A program made the position numbers and the translations under genes. A stretch of 64,000 bases of DNA, taken from NCBI GenBank assembly GCA_002269645.1, contig NIVC01000528.1:252087-316086 (forward strand), written 5' to 3'. Position 1 is the stretch's first letter, and each line of letters opens with the position of its first letter. Positions 33,750 through 47,868 of the stretch are shown piece by piece. The DNA comes from Macrostomum lignano (lineage: Eukaryota). The notes under the pieces are model-generated. The model was not told the origin of the DNA, ran no database searches, and saw only the letters and a program-made list of their open reading frames with translations.

Positions 33750-36700
33750 TGCTGATGGAGCTAGTTGGCGCGTTTATGTCTTTTTTCGCAATCTAAAATT
33801 GTTATAAATAGCGCTTTTATTATAACAAGTGCTTCAATCTTTGCTGCATTCTGCAACTATTCGATTTTAAACAACTTGAAGGAAAAGGCTTCCGATTCGA
33901 TGATGAACGAGAAATCCGTCGGTGTTGATGCAGACTTAATTGTGCTATGATTGACTTACGAGCAGCTACATAAACTACCCAATACGTCATAGTTGTTCAC
34001 ACTTGACTTTTGGTACTCGTAGATCAGATAGAAATGCTTTTATATCCGTAGATTAATAACTGACGATGGGAAAACCCCAAGAGGCAAACGATAGCGTCTA
34101 GGCACTTGTTAAAAGAAACGACCGACCACTGGTCAAGGTAGCCAACAGAAGTGCAATCCTGAATATTTTCACCTATACTGGCGCACGACACGAAGAGTTC
34201 TCCCAAGGGCTCATTAATCTCTCTGGCTGATTGGTATTTTTTCCAGCAACATTCACTCTCTTTCTCTCTTCCTTACAGCTAGCTATGGATCTATGGAAGC
34301 TGGCTGCTTTTGACTCCCTTTGTATCCAGCTTACGATTCAATAGTCACGGTCGTGTTTCTACCCATCACGCAGTGTAGGGCGCTCCGCTCTCACTTGGGC
34401 CTTGGATTGGCGGATAAAAGAGGCCTTACTAAATATTTTCGTGGACTTTTGATGCTTTGACTTTCGCCGAGAAAGCAGCGCGGGACTGCGGGAGAATACG
34501 AGCCGAGATTTTCTTATAAACTATGATACACTACAAGTATTCTATTCCGTTCAAACTCGCGCCAAAATCTCTTGACAGCTTCCTCTTACAACTAACTGCA
34601 TTCATATCAAAGTTCCTAACCTAGTAGCAGCCTTGGTTTTCATTCACTTTCAAAGGATTATTTTTCGCTTACTAAACTACGCCTGCCTGTCTAAAGATAT
34701 TGGGGGTTGCAGCTTAAAGATAAGGTATAAGCAAGAAAAGCCAAGTACTCAGCTCAAGCAGCCAGGGGCTTCCCTTGAACTTGAATTCAGGACAGAGGGG
34801 GTGAAGAGGGGCTGTCTCTGTCACCTCAGTGAGAACCTATTCGAGGCTAAAGTAAAGTAATCGCGGGAGTTCTCAAAGACTTCGCACGCACGCACTCTGA
34901 GTACAGAAAGCAGCACGCTCTGCCAACGTGCTCCACGACTGACAGACAGACAAATCTAGCTAGATAATGCGAAAAGCACGTGACAGAGCGCTGGGGACTG
35001 TGGCAAATGCTTTTTTAAAATGGACATGAAATCCAACTGGGGGTCTATCAATCTTTCATATCGATTTAAATTCCACAGCTAAAAACTGACTCTCTTCCAC
35101 ATTATACCAAATCTTCTGAGTCTAAAGTTCGGGTCAACAACAACAATATACATATACAATACACACTAAAATTACAGCGCGACTTCCGTTTGGCGTAATA
35201 AAAATCTCAGCCAAACTAACGCACCTCTATTTATAGCATATATATATATACTCAAGCACAAGCATTCCAGCTCACACTCTAGCAAAATACTACAGGTCAG
35301 GTATTATCAGGTGTTATAAAAATTGGAATTTCGAAAAGTTTTTTTTAGTTTGAGCTTGTTGTAGTCTGTACTGTCAACCATTCTGTTATCTCATCTGCAA
35401 GGCATTTGGCTAGCAGACTGCTTGACCGATCCAGGTCAGGAGCCAGACCGAACAACAGAATTTAATGATAGCCGGTAGTTAGTGCAAGCCAGAAACAAGA
35501 TCGAATAATTTATTAATGATATGCAACATGACAGGACCAGAAAGGGAAAGAATTCGGTTCAGTATCATTTCAATTCAAGTAAACACTGCAAATTACGATA
35601 CTAAGTGAGCTCACTTACCAAATAGAATTTGAATTTTCGAACGACGGTCGATCCACGGAAATCTTCCTCAACACCGAGAGAGAAAGAAAACAGGTCAAGG
35701 TCGGTTGCAGAAATTAACTCTTGGAAGTCGGACAGAGAGACGCTTAGGGAGCCGTTAAAACGAGGACACGGCCCTACTTTAGTCTGACTGGCTTTGCAGA
35801 CTTCTTGCTCTGGAGTTTTTTAGGCTAAATAGCGCACACGCACGGCTTGAGGCGCATGCAAGTAAAAAATGAACGCCCCCCCCTCTATTTTCTGTCCTTC
35901 GCATTCTCTTATCTGTGTCTCTCCTGCGCTCTCATTGGTCGCAGAGGCATGCAGTGATGGAAGGGTTGGGCCTTCCTCGCGTGGAGAACCGGTTGAAACC
36001 GGGGGCCAACAAGAGGGTTTTCCACTCTGTCCAACCCCGTCGTGATCCCCTCCTTGTCTGCCCCCAGTCCTAAGCGTACTTCTGTATCAGCGAAGCGTAC
36101 AACTGTGAGGTGAGGAGAACGAAAGTGGAGAAAAGGGAAGGAAAAAAAGCCAGATGAATGTACAGTGCATCGCTAAAAGAAGGACTGGCTGCTCTAGAAA
36201 ATACACCCCGACAGAAACAAACTGCACTGCACAGCCGAGCGTAGATGCAGGGCATCCCCCAATACCAGACAGAGTGCGGCGCGATGAAATAATATGACGA
36301 AACAGCATCCACGCTTTGCGATGCGGCACATGACCTGGCGTAATGATGATATTTCTTTTGCACAACCCCATGTGGCAGTCAGTATCTACAGTCGTTTGAT
36401 TTAAACAAAGCAGAACACGAAATGGACTCGTGATTCAGCAGCTGCAGTTTCACAGCCTTTTAGCCAACCGAGTTTTTTTCAGACAACCTGAATATTTTTC
36501 TTGAAGCAAGCTTGCCTGTGCATTTTGTTTGCTGTGTCAATAAGGATATCCGGATGACAATCTTGCACTGTAATTGCACATTCTGGAAACTGGGAATTGA
36601 CATTCAAGAATTCGACCTTCAACAGTTATTTGTACCCTATGGCTAGTCTCTGTGCCATATGCGATCATAAAATCATAGGGTAAACAGGAATTGACCGTCT

Positions 36701-37689
36701 ACATGTACTATTATATTTTTGGCTGAGACATGAGATGGGCTAGCTAGATACATGTAGGATAAATACAGACAGTGAGTGGAGAAAGAGACGAGAGAAAAAT
36801 GTCAAAATGCTCAAGGTCACATTTTACTGTATAACTTTCGTCACATTTTACTCTGTAATTTCACAGAAGTACATGTGGCAGAGATATGATTGATCTCTCT
36901 CTAAAGTAGACCTCTTGACTTTAAAATTTCGACGAAAAATGGAGGCCAGTTCGAATGAACTATGTTCGTAAGTCATAAAGACAAAAACGGTAGCAAATGT
37001 ACTTTTACGTAACTTAAGAGTAGAAAAGGCTAAGTGTTTCAATCTTCTCTTCTGGCTAAGATTTCTATCTGTTTTCTATTATATATATATTTGCGCATAT
37101 ATATTTAACTGCATTCGCAAGCAGACATCATCAAAAGCCAACTATAAATTATCCCTTTGAAAATCTCTCTTCTCCAAACCCACCACGGAACTGATTTGAT
37201 TGATTGCATGTGATGTGATTGAGCTGCGTGGGCCCGCACACACGAATAGTGCCAAGATAGAGTTCAGAATGAAAACCAATTCAATAAACTTCTGCAACGA
37301 AGTAAATCCTTGAGAAAACCAATTAGCTAACACAATCGAGTTTGGAGATATTTATGTTCCTAAAAATAGTTAATGGATTGCTTTGAGATCGTCAGATCGA
37401 ACGAATGCTCAGTGATACAAAGAAAGACTTATTCGTGTGGGCATTGGGGATAGCTGTAGGTTTGATAAAAAAATAAAGCAAAATATTATTTAGCTACTCG
37501 CAGTAGACAGGGCAGTTACTGAGCAAAAAATTATTATTACCTCCCATTGAAATTATCAAATTTTGTCACAACGATAATTAAACCCGCAATTGCACCATTT
37601 GGCATCAATGTTTCAGGAATAAAAAACACCATTCACGCCTACTATATTCGCGCCATATAGAAAGTCGCACACTCCAGATTCCAGAACAA

Positions 37690-38420
37690 CACTAATAAGT
37701 CCCACACTAAAGAACCACATCAATAAGCCCCACACTAAAGAACCACATCAATAAGTCCCACACTAAAGAACCACACCAATAGTCCAATAACAAAAGAACC
37801 AAACCAATGAGTCCAACACTGATGAGTCCTACACTCCAGAACCACACCAGTAAGTCCCACACTCCAGAACCACACCAGTAAGCCCCACACTCCAGAACCA
37901 CACCAGTAAGTCCCACACTCCAGAACCACACCAGTAAGTCCCACTCCAGAACCACACCAGTAAGTCCCACACTCTAGAACCACACCAGTAAGTCCCACAC
38001 TCCAGAACCACACCAGTAAGTCCCACACTCCAGAACCACACCAGTAAGTCCCACACTCCAGAACCACACCAGTAAGTCCCACACTCTAGAACCACACCAG
38101 TAAGTCCCACTCCAGAACCACACCAGTAAGTCCCACACTCCAGAACCACACCAGTAAGTCCCACATTCTAGAACGACATCAGTAAGTCCCACACTCTAGA
38201 ACGACATCAGTAAGTCCCACACTCTAGAACGACATCAGTAAGTCCCACACTCTAGAATGACATCAGTAATTGTCCCACACTCTAGAACCACACTAATGAT
38301 TGCCATACTTCAGAACCACACCAATTATTTCCATACTTAAGAACCATACCAATGAGGCTAATATTACTGAACCACATCAATGAGTCCCATACTCCAGAAT
38401 CACATCATCAATAAGTCCCA
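37690..38420. repeat. 28-nt minisatellite (ccagaaccacaccagtaagtcccacact)
   Basis: Homogeneous core with degenerate edges. Confidence 0.93.
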
Positions 38421-40408
38421 CATTCTAAAATCACTAGAGAACTAGACATCCAGACCCTAGAAGCACACCAGAGTCAACTAAAATTTATAAAACTTCCTAT
38501 AGAGCCCCAGCCAAGATCCATACCTCTAAAGAGTAGGCCCTACCATGGTTCAAAAATCAGATCAACACTTCCATGGGACTCTTATTGGCAAAAGAATCAG
38601 AATCAGAAATGTATCCTAACAAAAATATTAATCTATAAAATAAAAAATCAAACTTCAATTCAATATAGAACACTCTTAATAATCAAATTATGCTCTAAAA
38701 AAACTAGGCCTAACTTTTAATTAAAATATTTTTCAATTGTAGCAAAGATAACATAATTTTGAAAGAGTTTAAATAAGAAATAAGTAATCTAACAAACCTG
38801 ACATAATATAATAATTAGTCATTAAAGCTTATGCCAATAAATTTCAGGTGTGGATCCATTAAAATATTAACAGGGGTCCAGATTTCTAAGTTACATGTAT
38901 ATGTATTTCATTTACATGTATATGTACACAATAATGTATATCCACAAAAATATAAAAATTCTAAGTGGGGGTGTGTGCACTATGCCCCCCCCCCCTAAAC
39001 CTACCACTGATAAATTTCTAGGCTTTGCAAAAATGAAGCCAAAAATTCCACAATGGTAGTTTTCTTTTTAAACTTTTATAGATCTGCATTTTGTATGACA
39101 AAGTCAAAGACTGCAGATAAAAATAATGAAAAGAAATAAATCGAAGACACAAAAATTACTTTAATAATAATAGCAATAGTCATTTTAAAAATATAAACCA
39201 GACAAAATAATCTAAAACTTATTAAATTAAAACTAAAATTTACCGAAGTCATGACATAAACACAAATTATTGAAAAATAATATAATCATGGCAAAGTACA
39301 ATCGAATGTGAAGTGTATTCATGACAAACATGCTGATCGTGCGCTCGCCTAAAGTGTTAAGACTGCACGCTTTTAGTTGTTTAAATTTTCTTTAAATGTC
39401 ATATAAATACCACGAGTAAAACATTTAAAAAGGTATTTAGCATTCTGCCACAGAGTTTCTTCCATTTTAAACCATTCTGGCTTCATAAATTACCCGAGTT
39501 TTGTTAATATCTGCTTGCGATAATAACTTTAAATAAAGAAACTAAAAGCAGCTAGCGGATTGTTTAGAAAGTTAGAAGATAATTAGATATTGCAGCTGAA
39601 TCGATGGCTGTCTTTATACCAAAAATGCTACCAAACTTCAAGCTCAATCGGTTTTAAAGACATACTAGATTACTAAAATTCTCTTCTGCGCCCTATCCGG
39701 AAGTAGTTCGGCCGAGTAATTATGACAGTCCCATTGAGAAATATAATAAAGATGATCGAAAGAAGATAAGAAGATTCTAAACAGTTTGCTTGATGTTTGC
39801 ATGTATGCACTTTACGTACATGTATAGGTGAGCTGCATTTACAAGTAGCTCGTATGATACATGTATAGTAGTTTACAATTGTTACATATATAAATCATAG
39901 CGTATTTTTGGAAGTACATGTATGTTCCAAGTGTTTGTTATGACTTATGGAGAGTAGCTACATTTGAGAATAACTAAAAAGACTTTCTGAGTTCGTAAAT
40001 TTTAAGTACGCTAGTAGTACACGCATGGTTTAAATTAGGGCTATACACTTCAGGTGATACTTTTAAGACGCCTTTTCATTTATTAAAATATCTCTGTAAT
40101 AACCACATATCCAAAAGAAAGTAATGTGCAATAAAATCTAGAATTCATACACCAGTATGCATACGCAACTTCCTGTTCAGTACAAAAATTTGAGCTAGCA
40201 GCAATAAAAAATACATGTTAGATTACGAGCACTTTACCCAATGTAATTTATTCGAAGCGCATGATTTAATAACTCTTTCAGTACATACTGCCATTTACAA
40301 TTTACAGTTAGTCGCGATGGAGGAAAAACTTGAAATGAATATTAGTTAACTCTGAAAATGAAACACCTGTTACCCTCCTACCCTAGCTGGCCCAACAATC
40401 GTCCTAGC

Positions 40409-43390
40409 CTACCCAGTCCTGGCGCTCAGGTGATCAGTTTGATACTCAAGTCGAACCCGGTCCTCTTCCTCTTTCCATCGCGCCAGATTTGCGCCCCTCC
40501 TATGAAAGTAGAAGGGAGACCGCGGACTGAGGCTGCGACCCAGGACAATGTCGCAGAATTCACGGAAGCTCACGGCGCCGTCCCGATCTGAGTCAGCCTC
40601 CGTCATGATGAAGTCCACCTCCGAATCGGTGGGATTCTCTCCCAACAGCTCCAGCGCTATTTTTACCTCGCCAGCGTCAAGGAAGCCGTTTTTATCTCGA
40701 TCGAACAGGTCGAAGGCGGCCTTCAATTCGAGCAGCTCCTTTGTGTCCCGAGCACCGTCGCTGAGAAAACTCGGCTGCGTAGCTGCCGATTCCGTACCCG
40801 CTTGAAATCTTGAGCTGTTCATCATCAGAGTGAACTCCGTGAGGCTCAGTGCGCCTTTATCATCCTTGTCCCACTCATGAATTAGGTCCTGGGATCAAAG
40901 GTGCGTTGGGAGTACAGAGAGATTCAGTTTAATGAAATCTGACAGTCTAGTGCAGTTTTGACTTCATCAGATCATCAATTACCATATATAGTCATCAGCT
41001 GAATTATTTAGTAGGCTGTCAGAAGTGCACTTTGAAGTTATAGTAGTAGTACTGTTAACTCAGATCTCTCAACAGATGCGCTATTAGGCAATGATGCTAA
41101 TTAGCTAAAAAAATGAAAACACGAAGTTCATGGAAAACACCCACTTCCTACTGCTGTAGTTCATGGGAGCTGTAGCCGGGGCAGTTCATCTACGAGCTAG
41201 TTAGGGATTCGCAGACTATACGAGAGGTGATCAAAAAGTTCTGCAACCTCTTGTTATAGCTTTTAGTCATAAAATCGGCAAAAGCCAAAAACTTACACAT
41301 ATGCGGCTATATCTGTTTGCTATATTTATATGAATTTTTGGCTTCCAAATGTGCTCCAGTCAAATTTCACAGCCATATATTTTCCCTATGTGTTTTCAGA
41401 AGCTGATTGAACCATCAAAAGACAGTGTTCGCTTCTACATATCTTTATGCGCATGCAACTTGGCTGCAGAGCGACTGAGATTCATACCGATCTGGTGAAT
41501 GTTTTAGCTGACTCTACTCCATCATTGGACACAGTTGCCTGCTGGCTGCGACATTTCTCGGAAGACCGGGACAGCTTCAACGATGAACCAAGGTCTGGCC
41601 GACCCTGGACATCCGTGACCGAAGATGTCGTGGCCCATGCCGATGCAGGATTGGAGCATTACGCTAAGATTCCTTGCCTATGAGCTTGTTTTCAGCTATG
41701 GAGGTGCTCATAACATCATGAATGAGCAACTGGGCCGCACAAAGACCTACACTCGGTGGGTAACCCATCTTCTCACTCCGGAGCAGCAAGCAGAGAGGGT
41801 GCGCATCTGTCGCTTGTGGCTTCAAATTTTTTAGCCCCACGGCCCACAACGACTGTCGGATGTCATCACAGGAGACGAATGTTGGATCTCCTTCTTTACC
41901 ATGAAGGATAAGCAGTCCAACATGGTCTGGCTGGCAGAAGATGAGTCTAGGCCCGAGGTGCTGAAGACCGGATTCCGCAGTCAGAAGCGGATGTTCACAA
42001 CTTTTTTAACTCCCAGGGTGTTGTATTTGTAAACATCCTTCCAGCGGGTGCCACAGTGACTGTCAGGTACTACACAGACACCGTTCTGCCAGGCGTTCTG
42101 CAGGAGCGGCAGGAACGTGCGCAAACCAGGCATGGACCTCGACTCCTGCTGCACCATGACAATGCGGCACCGCACAGAGTGGCCTCAACCATGGCGTACC
42201 TGGAGCAGCAGGGGTCCAGCTGCTGCCCCATCAACCCTACTCTCCAGACCTAGCACCGTGCGACTTTCGGCTGTTCCCGTGGATCAAATCCGTCATTTCT
42301 GGGAGGCCATTTTACGTATACAAGACCTTGCCTAAGCGGTACAGGGTATACCAACTTCGGAGTACCATGACCACCAAAATGGGTGTCTGCGGCACCAAAA
42401 TGAGTGCCTGCAGCCCCAAAATGAGTGCCTGCAGCCCCAAACTGCTTTCAGACATGGTGCACACGCATACAACGGTGCATAGACTGTGGTGGAAAGTACT
42501 TTGATAGAATCTGACACTGATCAGCCTCCTCGGCTGCTGGAACACTGAGTTGTGAGGTCACTTGCAGAACTTTTTGATCACCCCTCGTACAAGTTACACG
42601 TTGCCGTTGTCGCTTGTTTCACAGGCTGCAATCTTATTTTAGCACTAGTTTTCAGATCTTTAAGAAACTTTTCTCCTTCAATAATTTCTTTAGAACATAC
42701 GCTCGTACCGTTAGAACCAAAAAGCCTAAAATTCCATTTGAAATTTTCACTTTATTGCAAATTTTTTTTTACTGTTCGTCTCTATACCAAAAACACCAAT
42801 TAGTCCACTGGAAACGTTTGACGTGCACACGTAGACAGCAAACTTTGGAGATAAACCTTTGGAGAAACCTCTGGAGATAAAGATATTTTGGAAGTATATG
42901 AGCTTCCAAATCTGTGTCCAAAAGGTAAATTCAAACTCGCAAAAGGCCAGGACCATTTACTGGCGGGTTTGCTCTTCAGCTGCGGTGTTAAAAACTAAGC
43001 AATGTCCTCACCTGTGACTCAACAACCTGTGACACAGCCAATAACTCAACTAACATAATTAATTACCTCAACCTCGGTCTGCGTCACGTTGTACCCCAGA
43101 TTGCGCATCTTTCCGCCGAGCTCGTCGGCCGATAGCACGCCGTCCAGATTGGAGTCGAACATTCGAAACACTTCGCACCATTGGCTAGTGAAGTCGGCCA
43201 CAGTCAGGCTGGCCGATCTGGACAGCGGCTTGTAGCGACCGCGCAGGGCCGTAGGACTGCTGGGCCGCCGGCTCAAGCGCCGGAGTCGAGTGGAACGGAT
43301 CGGCGGCACCTCCGGTAGGTCGTCGATCTCGCTGTCCTCACTGCCGCTGTTGCTCTGGCCGCCATTTGAACCAGCTGATTTTGAGCTCAT
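40409..43390 (-). CDS. Calmodulin-like 4-EF-hand protein with Ser/Arg-rich N-terminus
   Basis: Exons 43390-43067 and 40888-40409 (phase 0). EF loops DSNLDGVLSADE, DKDDKGALSLTE, DRDKNGFLDAGE, DSDRDGAVSFRE. Confidence 0.88.
41221..42587 (+). mobile_element. Full-length decayed mariner transposon in the EF-hand gene intron
   Basis: 26-nt TIRs cgag(a/g)ggtgatcaaaaagttctgcaa flanked by TA at both ends. Frameshifted transposase with PRSGRP, WVTHLLT, TGDECW, HDNAAPH, YSPDLAPCD and C-terminal RCIDCGGKYF. Confidence 0.95.
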
Positions 43391-45098
43391 TAATTGCTAA
43401 CCGAAGGCGGAGTCGCTATCGTCTAAAGTAGATCATGAGATTCAAATTGACCAGCTGGTATGAGTACGATATCCCTTGGCTTTTATTTACCTCATTTACC
43501 TTAGTTATTTACCTCATATCCTTAAGGTACAACTCACATCAATAGGAAATAAAGAGAAATACGACGTATGCATATGGACATGCCGTTGTTTATTCGTCTA
43601 CTTATATGTATGTCCTACGGTTGCTTAGCGGGGGTGTCTGGATGAAGTTCCTGGGTCTCTTGATAGTGCCAATAAGATTTCCTGGATGAATTAGCGTACG
43701 TAAAGGGTTTTATCCGGCTGTCCTTAGAAATCGAGGGGTTTCAAAACCAAAACATCGGATCCAAACGTGGTGATTTCAGTGAGGCGAAACTCCTATTTAT
43801 AATCCCATGTCCAAGCTTATGTACAATCTAGTCATGCAAGGCTTATGCTTTAATGTTTTAATGGAAGTCTTACGTTAAGGCGTGTGGTTCGTTTCATTGT
43901 TATTTACTTGTACCCTTCATGATCGATCCGGATTCGAATGTAATTTCCATGCTTTTTTAATAGAACCGAATTACTCTAGGCCAACAAGTCACTATACTAT
44001 ACCTCTACCGTGCATAAAAATCTCACCTGTAATTAATAAAGGTCAATCGCCTTCTGAACGAAAAATTTCGTCAACTCCACGACTTATTTGTGCTTTGTGT
44101 CAGTATTCGAGACGCTCTCCTTACTTGATATCGAAAGCGAATCCTGTTTGCTGGAACAGGCAAACTAAAAGTTTTTATTTGAGTCGAACAGTCTTTCTCA
44201 ACCTTTCCTTATCAATTTTGACTGGACATATTTTCTGCTTTTCTCATCTCTATCTGAATGTGCTGCCCAGTGCGTCCTCTGCGCGCGCACAGACCGAGTG
44301 TGCAGTCGACAGTGCGAGGAGCTGGAGAGGTAGCGAGCTGCAAAGAACACAATGGAACGAGTTTGTCTCGGCCAATCTTCACTCTGCTCTGCATGGCCGT
44401 AACCAATTCAAGTGAGTGACAAAAGAAAACTGCCCCCCACCAGCCGAGTCGCTTTACCTTACAGCACGGCTAAGGCTATCCGAAGGAGAAGGCGTAGTGC
44501 CAGCGGGCACAAGACCATTCGAACTTCCAAGCACTCGTAGATGGTTGCAAGAGATTGTCTAAGCACAGGGCTTGAGAAGCGCAAAGTAGATGTACAGGAC
44601 TTCCACTGAATGTGAAATAGCTATGGACGTGATATTCTGAACGACAATGACTGTAATTGTTTTTCTGCTTAGGAACAAAATTTGTTTCTATTCTTAGAAT
44701 ATTTTTCAGTTGCATAAAAAGGCTATACATATCTTAAGACAGTTTTTCCTATTTTTTACTGTTCAAAATGCAAAGGGATGAGGTATTTGTGGCGACTATA
44801 TTTCTGATTTCTGATGCTTATGGATTAGGGTTCAAAGTTCTCAACGATGCCATTTACAAAGTCGAAAACAGAAAAATCAAGAATAATTTTATCAAGGTAA
44901 CGCGGAGGCACATTCTCACTTGGATGACACCAAGATGCTCAAACGTCTGTTTTGCTCATTGTATATTTGTTAGTGGAAAAAAGTTAATTATTTTGTCAAG
45001 TTTAGCATTCACGAATACACACATTTAGTAAGTAACTTAATTTTTTCGCCAGTTTCGAACTTTCGAGGATAGTCTATCGACCTGGATTCCCTACGAGG

Positions 45099-45936
45099 TC
45101 AGAGCGGCTCCTCGATGCTCCTTCTGAGCATGATGACAAAGTCCTCGTAGCTGACCTTGCCAGTACCGCCTCTGTCCAGTTGTCCGATCATCTTGTTCAC
45201 CTTTTCGTCTGTGCCGATCTCTCCCAGCACGTCCATGGTCTCCTTGAGCTCCTGGGCGCCGATGAATCCGTCCTGGTCTTTGTCCAGGAAGCCAAATATT
45301 GAGAACAGCACAGCGTGAGTGCTCCGGCGCTTTTTAGCCTTCTTTGAGCACACCAGGCTGGCGAAGTCGTAGAACTCCATAGACTGCACGTCGCGTTTAA
45401 GGTGGGCGTCGACTATTTCCTGAAATATCAAACAATCGATGTGCATCTGCAATGATGGTATCTATAATCATATTGTAATGAATTTAAGTGTATTTAAAAA
45501 GCTTATAACTATAGTTTTAGATCTCTATAATTCAACAAACAAATATACAACATTTTCTATAACCTCAGCCATATCGTTCTGAATGGTAGCACAAAAAACA
45601 GATTCACTTTTTAACTTTCACTTTTAAAAGATTGACAATGTAGCGTTGCTATACATTGACCGCTTTACTGGTGTTTACTCAACTTTTTTCTACCAAGCAT
45701 GGTAAGAACATATTCAAAAATATTAATTCTACCTCAATATAAACCTCGTTGACGTAGAGTTGCAGAGCATCGAAGGCCTCTTTGAGCTTTGAGACTGGAA
45801 TTCTGTCGTTCGAGGAGAATCGCTTAAACACTCCCATGCACTGCGTCAGGTCGTCTTCAGTCATCTCAACGCTACCGTCGATGCCTAGGAGGCGCTTGAG
45901 CTCTGTGCTGCTGCTGCTGCTGCTGCTGGACGTCAT
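45099..45936 (-). CDS. Calmodulin/centrin-like EF-hand protein (some loops degenerate)
   Basis: Exons 45936-45733 (donor choice slightly uncertain) and 45419-45099. Loops DKDQDGFIGAQE and DRGGTGKVSYED. Confidence 0.8.
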
Positions 45937-47868
45937 TTTTCGCTGAGAGCTGGACTCAGATTGGTTTTCCGAGGAAAAATTTAAAAAATTCTACCAGAAC
46001 AGAAAGCCACTTAAGTAGCCTGTATGACTAGTGACCCCTACAGCACGCGGGAGGCCCGGCTTCAGCCAGTCATCGCGCGGCCCTGAAAATTTCTGGACAC
46101 AAATGCAGAACCCCTTTGGACGCATTGTGACGCATAATTGCTGCTAGCCATCAATCATCACCTGCCACTCAATTTCTGCTACACAAGTCTGCAAGCTTTC
46201 CATTTAGAGTTTGAACCGAAAGGTTATTTAATGTTAAACTAGTCTTGATTGACGTCAATTTATTGTTTTTTTTGGCTAATTGAGTGTGAGAAATGTTTTC
46301 TTCGGGTGCGAAAAAACCATCGCATACAGGTAAAAGAAGATTAAGAATAAAGATGACCTAGCATGCAGGGTTGCCGCATTCCATGGTGCAACTTGCGACA
46401 ACTGACTGAAATTCAGTTCGCATTCAAGCGCTGCAGTTGTGTAGTGTTCTTTCGATTCGGAGCCAATTTTATAAAATTGAACGAAAGTCCTTAATGGATT
46501 TAAGTACGAGAAGCAGAGGTTTCGGAACGATTTTATGTGCACATAGGAGATTTTAGTGCTCCTTCGGTGCCTGTGTATTTTTTAGTACTCGTATTTTACA
46601 GGGGTCTTTGATTACTTCGACCTAACCTAGATGGGGCCCCAGTTGATTTAAGCATTATTCAAAGGTGACACAGGATGCTAAGTAAAATATGCTGGACGCG
46701 AGCTGACAGGTATGAGTAGTTAAAATTGAAATACAGCGGTAACTTAGCGGTACTTAAAATCGATTTTGACTGCTAAAATCGATGCGCAAAAGGCTTTTAC
46801 AACGAAAGGTCTAAATGAAAGAAATCAGCAAGACCTTTGCCCACGCATTTATCAGAAGAAGCATAACAATGTTAGCCTTCCCAACTTGAAAGTTTTGAGG
46901 TATGGCAGCTGACTCAGAGCTATGTGTGGACTCACAACAACGCTGCCTGATTCGATTGTTTAACAAGTCTCAGCGTTTCATACAAAGAAAAAAGCTTTAG
47001 CAGAAACTCAAGCCCAGCCACTGTCTACAGGTACGGAATTTTTTGAGACCTTTCCTGGAATTTCCCACGCTCAGCTCCCGACGCCGGTTGGCACAATAGT
47101 CGTCATGCAGAAGACCCGTGATGAATTCAAAAGTTTAGCTATATTAAAGGAGAGGCTGGAGCAGGAGATGGAGATGATGCGGCAAAGGAAGCTGGTTTTT
47201 AGAGGGGGTAGGGATGCAGCTGACTCGTGAATAGCATACCAGAGTAGGCCAAAGGGAGGGGGCGCGGGTGGTATTTATTGATCTCCCTCTGTATTGAAGT
47301 TTTGCTGGCGCCTTGTGACATCTCACAGTCAGGGCGTTCAGTGGTTGCATTGCATGCGTTTCTGACTCTGAAGACAATAGTCTCCAAGAGCGCTGCTGTG
47401 TCCCGCCCGTCCCCCTGCGACGCTGCGAGTATAAGGGCACGGCAGAGTGAGCCGGCCTAAGCATCCACTTGTGTCTGCACCTCACATGACCTCTATAGGC
47501 AACGCGGTCTAGAAGGTTTCCTCAATTTCTTCATCCCTTCCTTTTCACCTGTTCCTCCTCACCGGTTGAGAGGGGGTTGGGGTTGGTGTTGCTGCAGTTT
47601 GTCTCTCGCGTCCTCGCCTGGCAACGGGTTGGAGTAGAAAGCCGCGGCTTAATCCCTCGCAAATGCTGCTTCCCCTCCCCCTTAATTCCGTGCCTACAGT
47701 TGCCACTCCGGCAATTTGAATTTCTTTTGTTTTCTGCTAAAAAATTTCCTGAGCGCCTCATTTTCGGGTATATCTCCCCCGGCTTGACCAGAGGTTAATA
47801 GAATACTCACGGCCAGGTAAATAGCAAGTTGTAGGACTCGGCAAACTACAAACACTGAGACGCCAAAC

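Noticed and set aside
38845-39010. Small CAG..CTG-ended MITE
   Set aside because: The putative TIRs match too poorly and no TSD was found.
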